Origin: Candidatus Micrarchaeia archaeon
GTDB taxonomy: Archaea; Micrarchaeota; Micrarchaeia; CABMEP01
DNA: 64,000 nt
Reading direction: 5' to 3'
NCBI GenBank assembly: GCA_038886535.1
Contig: JAVZXS010000001.1
Coordinates: forward strand, 214,259 to 278,258
The position numbers were made by a program, and so were the translations under genes. Positions 20,576 to 30,657 of this stretch are shown here, in pieces. Numbering within the stretch: the first letter of the stretch is position 1; each line of letters starts with the position of its first letter. A model generated the notes under the pieces. That model was not told where the DNA came from. It did no database searches and was given only the letters and a program-made list of their open reading frames with translations.

Positions 20576-20749
20576 ATGAAGACATCATCAAATTCAAAAT
20601 TCTTATTAGTTAAACACGAATGTGGAAATGAACAATACGTTTTTAATACCGCTAAAAGAACTGTTTTATGTAGCTTATGCAAGAAACCGCTTGCAAGACC
20701 TACAGGTGGCTATGCAAAGATACTTGGTAAAATAATGAAAGTGGTTTAA
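20576..20749 (+). CDS. rps27e: ribosomal protein eS27 (not in ORF track)
   Basis: manual translation MKTSSNSKFLLVKHECGNEQYVF...CSLCKKPLARPTGG; GAGGTGG SD; synteny. Confidence 0.93.
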   Translation: MKTSSNSKFLLVKHECGNEQYVFNTAKRTVLCSLCKKPLARPTGGYAKILGKIMKVV

Positions 20750-20773
20750 TTTAAAATTATTAAAGGTAATTAG

Positions 20774-21556
20774 ATGGAGAAAAAGAAAAGTGTCCCAGAA
20801 TTAGATGAGCTAGTTGTTGTAACTGTTACAAAAGTTTTTCCTTATGGGGCATTTTGCAAAATGGAAGACTATAACATGGATGCATTTCTCCATGTTTCCG
20901 AAGTCTCATCTGGGTGGGTAAAGAATATAAGAAACTTCCTTAAAGAAGGCCAGAGACTTGTGGTTAGGGTACATAGAGTGGTTCCTGAAAAAAACATGGT
21001 GGATGTATCTCTAAAAAGAGTTACAGAAGCAGAACAGAAAAGAAAACTTGAGGAAGTTAAAAGAGACAAGAGAGCATTAAAGCTCCTTGAAGTTGCAAAA
21101 GAAAAGATAAAAAATGCAAATAAAACCACAAAACTTTCAATTGAAGAAGTTAAATCTATTCTTGAATCACATTTTGATGATTCGTTTTCTGCATTTGAAG
21201 AAGTTGTTAGAGAAGGAGAATCTGTTCTAAAAAAGACAAAACTTCCACAAGAATGGGTCGAAGCAATCGTTGAAACCGCAAATGAGAATATAAAGAAGCA
21301 AGTTAGGTTAATAAAAGGGAAACTATTATTAAGATGTACAAAGGAAGGTGGAATAAACATAATAAAAGATTTGCTTTCAGTAGATCCGAATTCAGGTATT
21401 CATGTTCACTATTTAGGAGCACCCTACTATCAGATAACTGTTCAAGATGATGATTTCAAAAAATGCGAGAAGAAATTAAAACAGTTTGTTGATAATATTA
21501 CTAAATTAGCTTCGAAAAATGAATGTGAAGTCAAATTTGAAAGAGAGGAAGAATAA
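20774..21556 (+). CDS. eif2a: translation initiation factor aIF2 alpha
   Basis: S1 domain HVSEVSSGWVKNIR, YLGAPYY. Confidence 0.96.
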   Translation: MEKKKSVPELDELVVVTVTKVFPYGAFCKMEDYNMDAFLHVSEVSSGWVKNIRNFLKEGQRLVVRVHRVVPEKNMVDVSLKRVTEAEQKRKLEEVKRDKRALKLLEVAKEKIKNANKTTKLSIEEVKSILESHFDDSFSAFEEVVREGESVLKKTKLPQEWVEAIVETANENIKKQVRLIKGKLLLRCTKEGGINIIKDLLSVDPNSGIHVHYLGAPYYQITVQDDDFKKCEKKLKQFVDNITKLASKNECEVKFEREEE

Positions 21557-21619
21557 TTTTTTATTGGTTCATTCTTTCCGTTTCACTCAAAGAAAAATAT
21601 CTTTAACGTGGCGATATAA

Positions 21620-21817
21620 ATGAAGAAAATAAGGAAATGTCAATTATGCAATAAATATACTCTTTCAAACATTCACTGTAATAAAGATACAGTTTCTCCA
21701 CATCCAATTGCGAGTGGAGTTGAAAAAAATATTAGAGAAAGGTTAAAATCAAGAATTAAGAATTTAGAAGAAAAAGAAATGCATAAACCGATAGAAAGGG
21801 AAAAGATACCTTACTAA
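21620..21817 (+). CDS. nop10: Nop10 H/ACA RNP protein
   Basis: IRKCQLCNKYTL...C...PHP; synteny after aIF2 alpha. Confidence 0.85.
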   Translation: MKKIRKCQLCNKYTLSNIHCNKDTVSPHPIASGVEKNIRERLKSRIKNLEEKEMHKPIEREKIPY

Positions 21818-21879
21818 ATCATTCTTTAATTCCTAATTTGTATTGATTAATATTGATTAATAAGATCATTGGTGGTTTT

Positions 21880-22749
21880 ATGGTCAAAAGATCAGAATCT
21901 AAGAAGCAAATTTCACAAAAAGAAGAACAAAAATCAAATCATATACTAGAAAAAGCGTTTCTTTCAACTAAGCATGGAATAAAAACTAACATAGAAATAC
22001 ACGAAAAAGTTTCTGGATTAGTAAATCCAATACTTGTTGAAGGACTTCCAGGAATAGGTTTTGTAGGTAAACTTGCGGCAGAACATTTGGTTTCAGAACT
22101 AAAGGCTAAGAAAATAGCAACACTATATTCATATCATTTTCCACATCAAGTTTTAATCAACAAAGATGGAACCATAAAGATGCTTGTAAATGAGTTTTAT
22201 CTTTACAAAGATCCAAAAAAGAAAAACGATCTAATTATTTTGATTGGAGACGTTCAACCAGTTAGTTCAAGAGCCCAGTTTGAAGTAATGAATATTATAT
22301 TAGAATACTTCTCTCTTTTAGGTGGCAAAAGAATAATAACTCTTGGTGGGTATGGAATAGGCAAACTTGTAGAAAAACCTAGAGTTTTTGGTGCAGTTAT
22401 AAATAAAGAAGACGTTGAATTCTATAGGAAATTTGGTGTTACTTTTGGGGAAGTTGAAGGTTCTATAATTGGAGCTGCAGGTGTTTTGCTTGGACTTGGA
22501 AAATTAAAGGGAATGGATGGTATATGTTTAATGGGAGAGACGCATGGAACATATATTGACCATAAATCTGCTCAGAGGGTAATCGAAGTTCTATCTGAAA
22601 TAACCGGAATTAAAGTTGATGTTTCTAAGCTTACAGAAAAAGCGAAAGAAAGCGAAGGTATAATTAAGAAATTAGAGGAAGAATTAAATAGAGGACAAAT
22701 GCCAATTGAACTTCCAAAGAAACCTGACGAGCTTTCATACATTAGATAA
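21880..22749 (+). CDS. PAC2-family proteasome assembly chaperone
   Basis: EGLPGIGFVGK, GDVQ, TLGGY, CLMGET, C-terminal YIR. Confidence 0.92.
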   Translation: MVKRSESKKQISQKEEQKSNHILEKAFLSTKHGIKTNIEIHEKVSGLVNPILVEGLPGIGFVGKLAAEHLVSELKAKKIATLYSYHFPHQVLINKDGTIKMLVNEFYLYKDPKKKNDLIILIGDVQPVSSRAQFEVMNIILEYFSLLGGKRIITLGGYGIGKLVEKPRVFGAVINKEDVEFYRKFGVTFGEVEGSIIGAAGVLLGLGKLKGMDGICLMGETHGTYIDHKSAQRVIEVLSEITGIKVDVSKLTEKAKESEGIIKKLEEELNRGQMPIELPKKPDELSYIR

Positions 22750-22783
22750 TTTTCGTATACATTTTAGTTTTGAAGGTTTTTTG

Positions 22784-23506
22784 ATGAAAATTAATAAGTT
22801 TAAATGTACTAATTGTGGATACTGTTGTAAAAATATGCAAAATCTTGCACTGTTCGAATGGGAAAAAGATTTACTTCTTTCTTTAGATCCTTCCATAAAG
22901 ATAATTCCTGGAAATAAGATAAAATATAAAGATACAGAAATAATTCTTTATTGGGGTTTACAAACTAAACATCAATCACTATCTAAAACAAAAGCTACAA
23001 AATCTATTCAGAAAGTATCTAAGAATGATAAAATAAAGAAAAGAAGTTTAGAGGAAATGTGCCCTTTTCTTTCTTTTGAATATGGCGTATCTAAATGCAA
23101 TATATATGAGAATAGGCCACTTGTTTGTCGTGCTTTTCCTCTCTTTCATTTAGGATTTAAATTTATGGAAGGAATGATATCTGTCGATTGTCCAGAACAT
23201 ATAATTCCATTTAATCAAGAGCAGACAATTAGTAGAGAAAAATTTTATTCTTTACTTTATGCAATATATGGCATTGCATTCTTAGATGCATTTCGACTCG
23301 AACTTGCAAGAGTTTGGATATCTGATATCGCTGAACTTGTTTTAAATCATTTAAAAGAGAACGAAATTGAAATTTCAGAAAGAGAAATCGGTCTTCTTGA
23401 ACTTGCAATTAAAATCGGAGTTCTTACCGAAGACGAGATAGAGAAAGAGATAAGCTTCATTTATTCAGAAGAGATTCAGGATATGCTAAATCAATTGAAT
23501 CTCTAA
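22784..23506 (+). CDS. YkgJ-family (CxxCxxCC) Cys-cluster protein
   Basis: CTNCGYCC...CPFL...CNIYENRPLVCRAFP. Confidence 0.9.
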   Translation: MKINKFKCTNCGYCCKNMQNLALFEWEKDLLLSLDPSIKIIPGNKIKYKDTEIILYWGLQTKHQSLSKTKATKSIQKVSKNDKIKKRSLEEMCPFLSFEYGVSKCNIYENRPLVCRAFPLFHLGFKFMEGMISVDCPEHIIPFNQEQTISREKFYSLLYAIYGIAFLDAFRLELARVWISDIAELVLNHLKENEIEISEREIGLLELAIKIGVLTEDEIEKEISFIYSEEIQDMLNQLNL

Positions 23507-23539
23507 TTATAAATTTAATTTATCCAATAGTTAATTTTG

Positions 23540-23827
23540 TTATTTTTTTATTTTACTCATCAATTCTGTTAAATCTTTCCCACTTTTTCCTTTTGGGAAT
23601 ACATTTCCATTAGGTGTAAATACAGCTATCTGAAGTTCTTCTGCGAGCCTAACTGCTTCTTTCATGTCTATTATCCTATCAGTAAATAGAACTGGATATT
23701 CGCCATAAGGTTCTTTTATTATTTTTACTGTAAATATTATCCTTTGAAACATTCCTTTTCTGTGCACTCTGTATTCGCCTTTTCCATTTCTTAGAACTTC
23801 ATCTAAAGTTGGTTCACCCTTTTCCAT
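23540..23827 (-). CDS. hypothetical protein
   Basis: 95-aa ORF with GTGAT SD-like sequence and protein-like composition. Confidence 0.7.
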   Translation of the reverse strand: MEKGEPTLDEVLRNGKGEYRVHRKGMFQRIIFTVKIIKEPYGEYPVLFTDRIIDMKEAVRLAEELQIAVFTPNGNVFPKGKSGKDLTELMSKIKK

Positions 23828-23869
23828 AAAAAATCACATTTTATAATTATTTAAATGCAAAACATCTAT

Positions 23870-24547
23870 TTATCTTAAACATGCATTTACATTCGCTTCT
23901 ATTTCTTCTTTACTCGGCATGATCGTTCCATATCTTTGATTTAGATATGTAATATTTTCAATAACAAAATTTCTCTTCTTACATATTATTTCTATCATTA
24001 CTGGTTCTGAGTACGATATAGAAATGATAAGTTCGGGACAAAAAATACCATCACATTTTTGATAATATAATTCAGATCTTGTAACTTCTCCTTCCTTTAT
24101 TGTTGGGAAAAATATCGTAAAAGGAATGAATAACGGATTAATTTTAACACTTTTTTGTGTAATATCTTTTAATTTCCATCCAGAAAAGTTATTATTATAA
24201 AACTCAATAACTGAACTGTAATTAATATTCGATATCATATATCCAATCGAATATATGTAAGAAGTACCTGTATAAATGCTTTCCATTTTTTCTTCGTGAA
24301 TATCACTAATATTTATATCATATATACCGATTGTCGACCATTTTCTTTCTGCATTTTTTATTATAGGAACATCTTTAAGGTCACCTTTAATTTCATCGAT
24401 TGCTGTCGCATTTTCTTCGTATGCATTTATTTTATCGGTTTGATCTTTTTCCATTTTATCTAATAAATTTTTGCTATTATCAGAAATAGATTTTCCTATA
24501 CAACCAACAAAAAGAACTGCCAGTATAATAAAAATCAATTTTTTCAT
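23870..24547 (-). CDS. hypothetical lipoprotein-like secreted protein
   Basis: MKK + hydrophobic stretch + LFVGC lipobox-like motif. Confidence 0.7.
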   Translation of the reverse strand: MKKLIFIILAVLFVGCIGKSISDNSKNLLDKMEKDQTDKINAYEENATAIDEIKGDLKDVPIIKNAERKWSTIGIYDINISDIHEEKMESIYTGTSYIYSIGYMISNINYSSVIEFYNNNFSGWKLKDITQKSVKINPLFIPFTIFFPTIKEGEVTRSELYYQKCDGIFCPELIISISYSEPVMIEIICKKRNFVIENITYLNQRYGTIMPSKEEIEANVNACLR

Positions 24548-24654
24548 GACAAATATTTTTTTATAAAAATTTATATTTTTTTCTTAAAGGATCGCGTATA
24601 AAAAAATAACAGGACACAGTATAAATTTTATTTACATACTTTAGCTGCTTAATG

Positions 24655-24668
24655 GAAAAGTATATATA
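24655..24668 (+). promoter_or_regulatory. putative archaeal BRE-TATA promoter of dxr
   Basis: GAAAAGTATATATA about 30 nt upstream of the ATG. Confidence 0.55.
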
Positions 24669-24698
24669 TTTAAATCGTTCCTTAATTTTGTGATTTTT

Positions 24699-25937
24699 AT
24701 GAAGAACATATCTATTTTAGGTTCTACAGGAAGTATAGGTACTCAGACATTAGACGTTATAAGAAATCATAAGAATAAATTTAGAGTAGTGGGTTTAGCT
24801 GCATATGGTACTGATAAAGATATAGATCTTATGGTTGAGCAGATACATGAATTTAAACCTAAAATCGTATCAATGTACAGAACCGATGCAGCGATTAAGC
24901 TTAAAGAAAGATTGATGCATGATAATTTAGGTTATGGTCAAAAGATAGTGATCCTATCTGGTAATGAAGGTCTTATTTCAGTTTCTACTTTCCCTATGGT
25001 TGATACAGTTGTAACTGCAGTTGTTGGAAGTGTCGGCTTAATTCCTACACTAGAGGCAATAAAGAAAAAGAAAAATATAGCTCTTGCAAACAAAGAAACA
25101 TTAGTGTGTGCTGGAAGCATAGTTATGGAAAATGCAAAAAAGTACGGAGTAAAAATTATGCCAATAGATAGCGAACATTCAGCAATTTTTCAGTCTTTAC
25201 AAGGTAATAAAAAGGAGCAAGTAAAGAGAATAATATTAACATGTTCAGGAGGTCCATTTAGAGATGAAAAATTATGGCCCGCAGAAAAAATAAATGAAGC
25301 GACTCGAGAACAAGCACTTAAACATCCAACCTGGAATATGGGTGGAAAGATTACTATTGACAGTGCAACACTCATGAATAAAGGTTTAGAGGTTATAGAA
25401 GCTCATTGGCTTTATAATATTCCTTATGAACAAATTTCAGTTGTAATACACCCTCAGTCTATAATTCATTCAATGGTTGAATATGTTGATGGTTCTATAA
25501 TGGCTCAGATTGGTGTTCACGATATGCGTATTCCGATTCAATATGCGTTATCCTATCCAGATAGATTACCAAGCGGTGATTATGCATTTTTAGATTTGAT
25601 TAAAGTTTGTAATCTTACATTTTTTGAACCAGATACAGTCAGATTTCCAGCTCTATTATATGCATACGAAGCAGGCAAGATCGGCGGAACAATGCCTACA
25701 GTTATGAATGCAGCAAATGAAGTAGCAGTTGTAGAATATTTCTTACAAGGAAAGATTAAATTCGGTGACATAATAAGAGTAGTAAGACATACGATGGATG
25801 TCCATAAGCATACAGTTGTTCAGAATCCAAACCTTCAAGACATTCTTCAAGCAGATATATGGGCAAGAGAACACGTTCGTTCGGTTTTAAATGTAGTTAT
25901 ACAAGATAAAAGTTGGAAAAATATAAATTCATTCTAA
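24699..25937 (+). CDS. dxr: 1-deoxy-D-xylulose-5-phosphate reductoisomerase
   Basis: GSTGSIG, LANKE, DSEH, SGGPF, HPTWNMGGKITIDSATLMNKGLEVIEA, HPQSIIHS, NAANE. Confidence 0.98.
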   Translation: MKNISILGSTGSIGTQTLDVIRNHKNKFRVVGLAAYGTDKDIDLMVEQIHEFKPKIVSMYRTDAAIKLKERLMHDNLGYGQKIVILSGNEGLISVSTFPMVDTVVTAVVGSVGLIPTLEAIKKKKNIALANKETLVCAGSIVMENAKKYGVKIMPIDSEHSAIFQSLQGNKKEQVKRIILTCSGGPFRDEKLWPAEKINEATREQALKHPTWNMGGKITIDSATLMNKGLEVIEAHWLYNIPYEQISVVIHPQSIIHSMVEYVDGSIMAQIGVHDMRIPIQYALSYPDRLPSGDYAFLDLIKVCNLTFFEPDTVRFPALLYAYEAGKIGGTMPTVMNAANEVAVVEYFLQGKIKFGDIIRVVRHTMDVHKHTVVQNPNLQDILQADIWAREHVRSVLNVVIQDKSWKNINSF

Positions 25938-26017
25938 AGTTATTAAAAATATAGCAAAAATCGATATAATTGAAATAATTAGAAAAGAAATAAAATAAAA
26001 AAGATTTATGTTCAGAA

Positions 26018-26398
26018 TTATTGTTCTTTCTTCCATAATCCATGGATGTTACAGTATTCTCTTGCATTTATTTTCTTTGCATTTATTTTGAATTCAGCCT
26101 CAGGAGTTTGACCTGGTTTTAGGTAATTTCTATATATTTTATCATCTGCAAGCACTTCTATAAATTCAATGTAATGTTCGGGTTCCATTGGATGTGGAAT
26201 AGAACCTATTTTAACTTTAAAGCCACCTCTAATCTTTTCGATTACAGGTACATGTTTTTCATACCCTTGATCTTCTGTTTTTTCTTCTAGTTTTTCCATA
26301 TTCTTATTGCAACAGACCAAAGTTCCAACTCCTGCATGAGCTATTTCAACTATATTTCCACATACACTGCATTTATATATCTGATTAAGTTCTGTCAT
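26018..26398 (-). CDS. dfx: desulfoferrodoxin (2Fe superoxide reductase)
   Basis: CSVCGN...CC, EKHVP, HPM...HYI, CNIHGLW. Confidence 0.96.
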   Translation of the reverse strand: MTELNQIYKCSVCGNIVEIAHAGVGTLVCCNKNMEKLEEKTEDQGYEKHVPVIEKIRGGFKVKIGSIPHPMEPEHYIEFIEVLADDKIYRNYLKPGQTPEAEFKINAKKINAREYCNIHGLWKKEQ

Positions 26399-26424
26399 AT
26401 TATCACCATTTTAAATATTTATTT

Positions 26425-27027
26425 TCAATATTCTTCACACTTCAATTGATAGAAAGCTTTAGGATGGTCACAAGATGGACATTTTTCAGGAGGGAATTTT
26501 CCAAAGTGTACATAACCACACTCTCTACATACCCACCAAACTTTATCGTTCTTATTAAAGAATGTACCTTTTTCAAGCTGTTCAAGTATCTTTTTATATC
26601 GTTCTTCATGGTGCTCTTCAGCTTTAGCGATGGCCCTTAATCTCTGTGCTATTTCTTTTAACCCTTCCTTTTCAGCTATGTCAGCGAATTCAGGATACAT
26701 TTTTGCATATTCATAGTTTTCTCCTGCGATTGCAGCTTTAAGATTATCGATAGTATTTCCGAATACGGTTGGAGCGGATGCCTCAACTTTTATTTCATTG
26801 TACTTCTCTATCTTTTCTCCTCTCTCAGCAGCTTTTTTCTTCAGTTCATTTATCAGTTTAAATAGCCAACTTGCATGTTCTCTCTCATTATCTGCAGTTA
26901 TAAGGAATATTTCTGCAATTTGCTCATATCCTTCATTTCTTGCCACTTTCGCATAGAAAGTATATCTATTTCTTGCTTGACTTTCACCTATAAATGCCTT
27001 CGCTAAATTTTCAATCGTCTTCTCCAT
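26425..27027 (-). CDS. rbr: rubrerythrin
   Basis: AFIGESQARNRY, EREH, EEHH, C-terminal CRECG...CPSC. Confidence 0.96.
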   Translation of the reverse strand: MEKTIENLAKAFIGESQARNRYTFYAKVARNEGYEQIAEIFLITADNEREHASWLFKLINELKKKAAERGEKIEKYNEIKVEASAPTVFGNTIDNLKAAIAGENYEYAKMYPEFADIAEKEGLKEIAQRLRAIAKAEEHHEERYKKILEQLEKGTFFNKNDKVWWVCRECGYVHFGKFPPEKCPSCDHPKAFYQLKCEEY

Positions 27028-27200
27028 TCCAACACCTCCAAAATTAGACATATATATTTGATTGAAAATGTTCATAAATATATCTATAACTTAATTTGTG
27101 ATGTTCCTGATGTAAAAGATAAATTAAGCGAGGTATAGTAATATTTATAAATCTAATATAATATTATATATTTAACGATTTTTAGATCGTTTCCCGGCAA

Positions 27201-27288
27201 AGCGGTCTCTGCGATCGATTAACGCGAGAGACTCACATATCATTTGATATGTGACAGGTATACTGCATCTTTGATGCACTACCGCGCT
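27201..27288 (+). promoter_or_regulatory. structured leader upstream of rpl3 (candidate r-leader)
   Basis: GC-enriched island with three hairpins closed by AGCG/CGCT. Confidence 0.5.
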
Positions 27289-27353
27289 ATAGAATTGAAA
27301 GCATTTCATATATAGTTTAGTATTCATATTCATAATTCAAAAAGTGATGGTAA

Positions 27354-28334
27354 ATGGGAAAAGTTATTAAGCCAAGAGCAGGTTCTCTTGCATTTAGACC
27401 AAGAAAACGTTCGAAAGACATTACTCCAAGAATGCGAACTTGGAGAATCACCGATAAAGTGCAGTTACTGGGATATCCAGTCTATAAAGTAGGAATGAAG
27501 CAAGCAGGAATAATAGATGATTCTAGATCTCCAACTAAGGGAATGGAATTAACAGTACCAGTTACAATTTTAGAAGCACCAAAGATAACTATTTATGGAG
27601 CAAGGCTTTATCAGAAAACTCTCACTGGAACAAAGTGTTTGGGTGATGCTCTTTCAATCAATACAAAAGTAGCATCAATGCTAGGTATGTCAAAGAAAGA
27701 TAAGAAAAGAAAGGATATAAAATGGCTAGAAGAAAAAATATCTTCATTTAATGATGAAGATAAAAAAGATCTTTATATTTCAGTTCTTGCCGTAACTAAT
27801 ACAAAGGAAGCAGGAATTCCAAAGAAGACTGGAGATACAGTTGAAATAGCAATAGGTGGAAATGATATTAAATCTCAATTGGAGTATGTCAAATCCATAC
27901 TTGGAAAGGATATAACTCCAAATGAAGTATTTGAAGAAGGAGAATATGTTGATGCAATAGCAGTAACAAGAGGACATGGCTGGCAGGGAGTTATTAGAAG
28001 ATTCGGTGTTCACAAACAAAGACCTAAGAATACTGGAAGAGTAAGACACAGAGGTACATTAGGTCCATGGCATCCAGCATATGTTATGTATACTGTTCCA
28101 CAAGCAGGTCAACATGGATTCCATAGAAGAACTCAATATAATAATAGAATACTTTTGATTGGAGATGATCCATCTAAAGTTAATATTCCTGGTGGTTACC
28201 CACACTATGGAGAAGTCAAATCTTCGTTTATATGTGTTAAGGGTTCAGTTCCAGGAACTCAAAAGAGATTTGTATTCCTTAGAAAATCCATAAGGAATAC
28301 TTCTGTGCAGAAACCACAGATTTTATGGTTCTGA
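27354..28334 (+). CDS. rpl3: ribosomal protein uL3
   Basis: PRAGSLAFRPRKR, GHGWQG, AGQHGFHRRT. Confidence 0.97.
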   Translation: MGKVIKPRAGSLAFRPRKRSKDITPRMRTWRITDKVQLLGYPVYKVGMKQAGIIDDSRSPTKGMELTVPVTILEAPKITIYGARLYQKTLTGTKCLGDALSINTKVASMLGMSKKDKKRKDIKWLEEKISSFNDEDKKDLYISVLAVTNTKEAGIPKKTGDTVEIAIGGNDIKSQLEYVKSILGKDITPNEVFEEGEYVDAIAVTRGHGWQGVIRRFGVHKQRPKNTGRVRHRGTLGPWHPAYVMYTVPQAGQHGFHRRTQYNNRILLIGDDPSKVNIPGGYPHYGEVKSSFICVKGSVPGTQKRFVFLRKSIRNTSVQKPQILWF

Positions 28335-28360
28335 AATTCAAAAGATAATAGGTTGATCAT

Positions 28361-29140
28361 ATGGTAAGTATTTCATTATATTCTCAAAATGGTTCACCAA
28401 CTGGAAAAATAGAGCTTCCAGAGATATTTAGAACAGAGATAAGAGAAGATCTTATCAGAAGAGCAGTTTTATCTGAGGAATCAGAAAAACTACAACCAAA
28501 AGGAGCTTTTCCAAGAGCAGGTTTGCAAACAACTGCAAGGTATATTGGTAGGAAGGATGCTTATCACTCACTCAAAAACAGAGGAATTGCAAAGCTTCCA
28601 AGAGAACTCTATCCAAAAGGAAGAATCGGAAGAGTAAGGGTAGTTCCATGGGCAGTAAAAGGTAGGAGAGCTCATCCTCCAAAAGTAGAAAAAGTTCTTA
28701 TTGAGAGGATAAATAAAAGAGAAAAAAAGAAAGCACTTCATTCTGCAATTGCAGCTACCGCTAATAAGGAAATGGTTGGCAAGAAACACATATTACCAAA
28801 GATAGACATCCCTATTGTTCTTGATGATTCGTGCGAATCTTTATCAAAAACAAAAGAAGTTGTTTCTTTATTTGAACATCTTGATCTTATGAAGGATATT
28901 GAAAGAGCTGAACAAAGAACTAAAAGAAATAATGGAAGAAAAGGTGGGGTAAAAACACCTAAGTCAATTCTTTTAATCGCTGCGAAGGATTCTAAGCTTC
29001 TTAAAGCAGCAAAGAACCTTCCAGGTGTTACAGTTACAACGATAGATAATCTTAAAGTTTCAGATCTTGCACCTGGTGGAGTACCAGGCAGATTAACAGT
29101 TTGGACAAAATCTGCAATCGAAAATTTAAGTAAGGTTTAA
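28361..29140 (+). CDS. rpl4: ribosomal protein uL4
   Basis: IREDLIRRA, GRRAHPPK, LAPGGVPGRLTVW. Confidence 0.97.
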   Translation: MVSISLYSQNGSPTGKIELPEIFRTEIREDLIRRAVLSEESEKLQPKGAFPRAGLQTTARYIGRKDAYHSLKNRGIAKLPRELYPKGRIGRVRVVPWAVKGRRAHPPKVEKVLIERINKREKKKALHSAIAATANKEMVGKKHILPKIDIPIVLDDSCESLSKTKEVVSLFEHLDLMKDIERAEQRTKRNNGRKGGVKTPKSILLIAAKDSKLLKAAKNLPGVTVTTIDNLKVSDLAPGGVPGRLTVWTKSAIENLSKV

Positions 29141-29175
29141 CTATATATTGAAATGTATAATAAGTGGGTGAAATT

Positions 29176-29421
29176 ATGATTATATATCCCGTAACAACTG
29201 AAAAGGCAATAAATCAAATTTCAAAGAACAATACTTTAGTATTTAATGTTGATCCTAAACAAACTAAGAGATCAATAAAGGAGTATATCGAAAAAGAATA
29301 TGGCGTTAAGGTTGCTTCAGTAAATGTACTAAATAATTTCTCAAATAAAAAAGTAGCATACGTTAAGCTTAAAAAGGAATATTCAGCAATGGATCTTGCG
29401 TCAAAACTTAAGATATTGTAA
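29176..29421 (+). CDS. rpl23: ribosomal protein uL23
   Basis: YPVTTEKA, NTLVF, KVAYVKL. Confidence 0.95.
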   Translation: MIIYPVTTEKAINQISKNNTLVFNVDPKQTKRSIKEYIEKEYGVKVASVNVLNNFSNKKVAYVKLKKEYSAMDLASKLKIL

Positions 29422-29458
29422 ATTATATTGATAGTTTAATGATTAGATAGGTGTGTTT

Positions 29459-30196
29459 ATGGGTAAAATGTTAAATCAACAAAGAAGAGGAAAGGGAAGT
29501 CCAGCATTCTCTGCTCCATCGCATAAATTTAATGCAAAAGTTTCATTTAGATCTTACGATGAAAAAGAAAAGAATTCTGTAGTTAAAGGAAAAGTTATAG
29601 AATTCATCAATAATCCTGCCCACAGTGGTTTAATAATGAATGTAAAGACTGAAGATGGCCAGATAGTTTCACTTCTTGCCCCAGAAGGAATTGCAATAGG
29701 AGATGAGATAGAATTTGGGGCTAATGCAGGAATTAAATTAGGAAATGTTCTTCCTCTTGCAAAGATTCCAGATGGAATGTATGTTTATAATATAGAGTTA
29801 GTTCCAGGAGACGGTGGAAAGCTAATAAGAGCAGCTGGAACATCAGGAACAGTAATATCTCATACAGATAAAGAGGTTTATGTTGCATTACCATCAAAGA
29901 AGGTTAAAATATTCAATGCTAATTGCAGAGCACAGATCGGATTAATTTCAATGGGTGGAAGATTAATGAGACCTGTTTTCAAGGCAGGAAAGAAATATCA
30001 CATGGTGGCTTCAACAGCAAGATATTGGCCAAAAGTCAGAGGAGTTGCAATGTCTGTATATGACCATCCATTCGGTGGAAAGCAGCACCACCCAGGTCGT
30101 TCAACGATTGTTGCAAGGAACGCACCACCGGGAAGAAAGGTTGGTCTTTTGGCAGCAGCTTCTGTTGGAAGAGGAAAGAAAAGAAAGAAAGTTTAA
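29459..30196 (+). CDS. rpl2: ribosomal protein uL2
   Basis: QRRGKG, WPKVRGVAM, HPFGG, PPGRKVG. Confidence 0.97.
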   Translation: MGKMLNQQRRGKGSPAFSAPSHKFNAKVSFRSYDEKEKNSVVKGKVIEFINNPAHSGLIMNVKTEDGQIVSLLAPEGIAIGDEIEFGANAGIKLGNVLPLAKIPDGMYVYNIELVPGDGGKLIRAAGTSGTVISHTDKEVYVALPSKKVKIFNANCRAQIGLISMGGRLMRPVFKAGKKYHMVASTARYWPKVRGVAMSVYDHPFGGKQHHPGRSTIVARNAPPGRKVGLLAAASVGRGKKRKKV

Positions 30197-30227
30197 TATT
30201 TCGAGATGTTCATAAAGGAGTGATTAA

Positions 30228-30611
30228 ATGGCAAGGAAATTTATATTTCGTGGAAAAACTCTTGAAGAGCTTCAGGCAATGTCTCTTGATGAATTTGCAA
30301 ATTTAATTAAATCAAGAGCAAGAAGATATATTAAGAAGATGCCAATCAAGTACAAAAAACTTCTAATAAAGGCAGAGAAAATTGGCACCTCTAAACCAAT
30401 TAAAACACATCTCAGAGAAGCAGTTATAATTCCTAAATGGGTTGGCATGAAATTTATGGTTCACAGTGGTAAGGAATTTAAGCAAGTGAACATTCAACCA
30501 GAGATGGTTGGATTTAGATTGGGAGATTTTGTCCATACAACTGGAAGAGTTATTCACAGTGGTCCAGGTATTGGTGCTACAAGAGGTTCGAAAGCAGTAG
30601 CTTTGAAATAA
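30228..30611 (+). CDS. rps19: ribosomal protein uS19
   Basis: FRGKTLEEL, KTHLR, PGIGATRGS. Confidence 0.96.
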   Translation: MARKFIFRGKTLEELQAMSLDEFANLIKSRARRYIKKMPIKYKKLLIKAEKIGTSKPIKTHLREAVIIPKWVGMKFMVHSGKEFKQVNIQPEMVGFRLGDFVHTTGRVIHSGPGIGATRGSKAVALK

Positions 30612-30657
30612 TCATTAAAGTTAAGATATGTAGTTGAATGTTTGAAACGGTGTTTAT

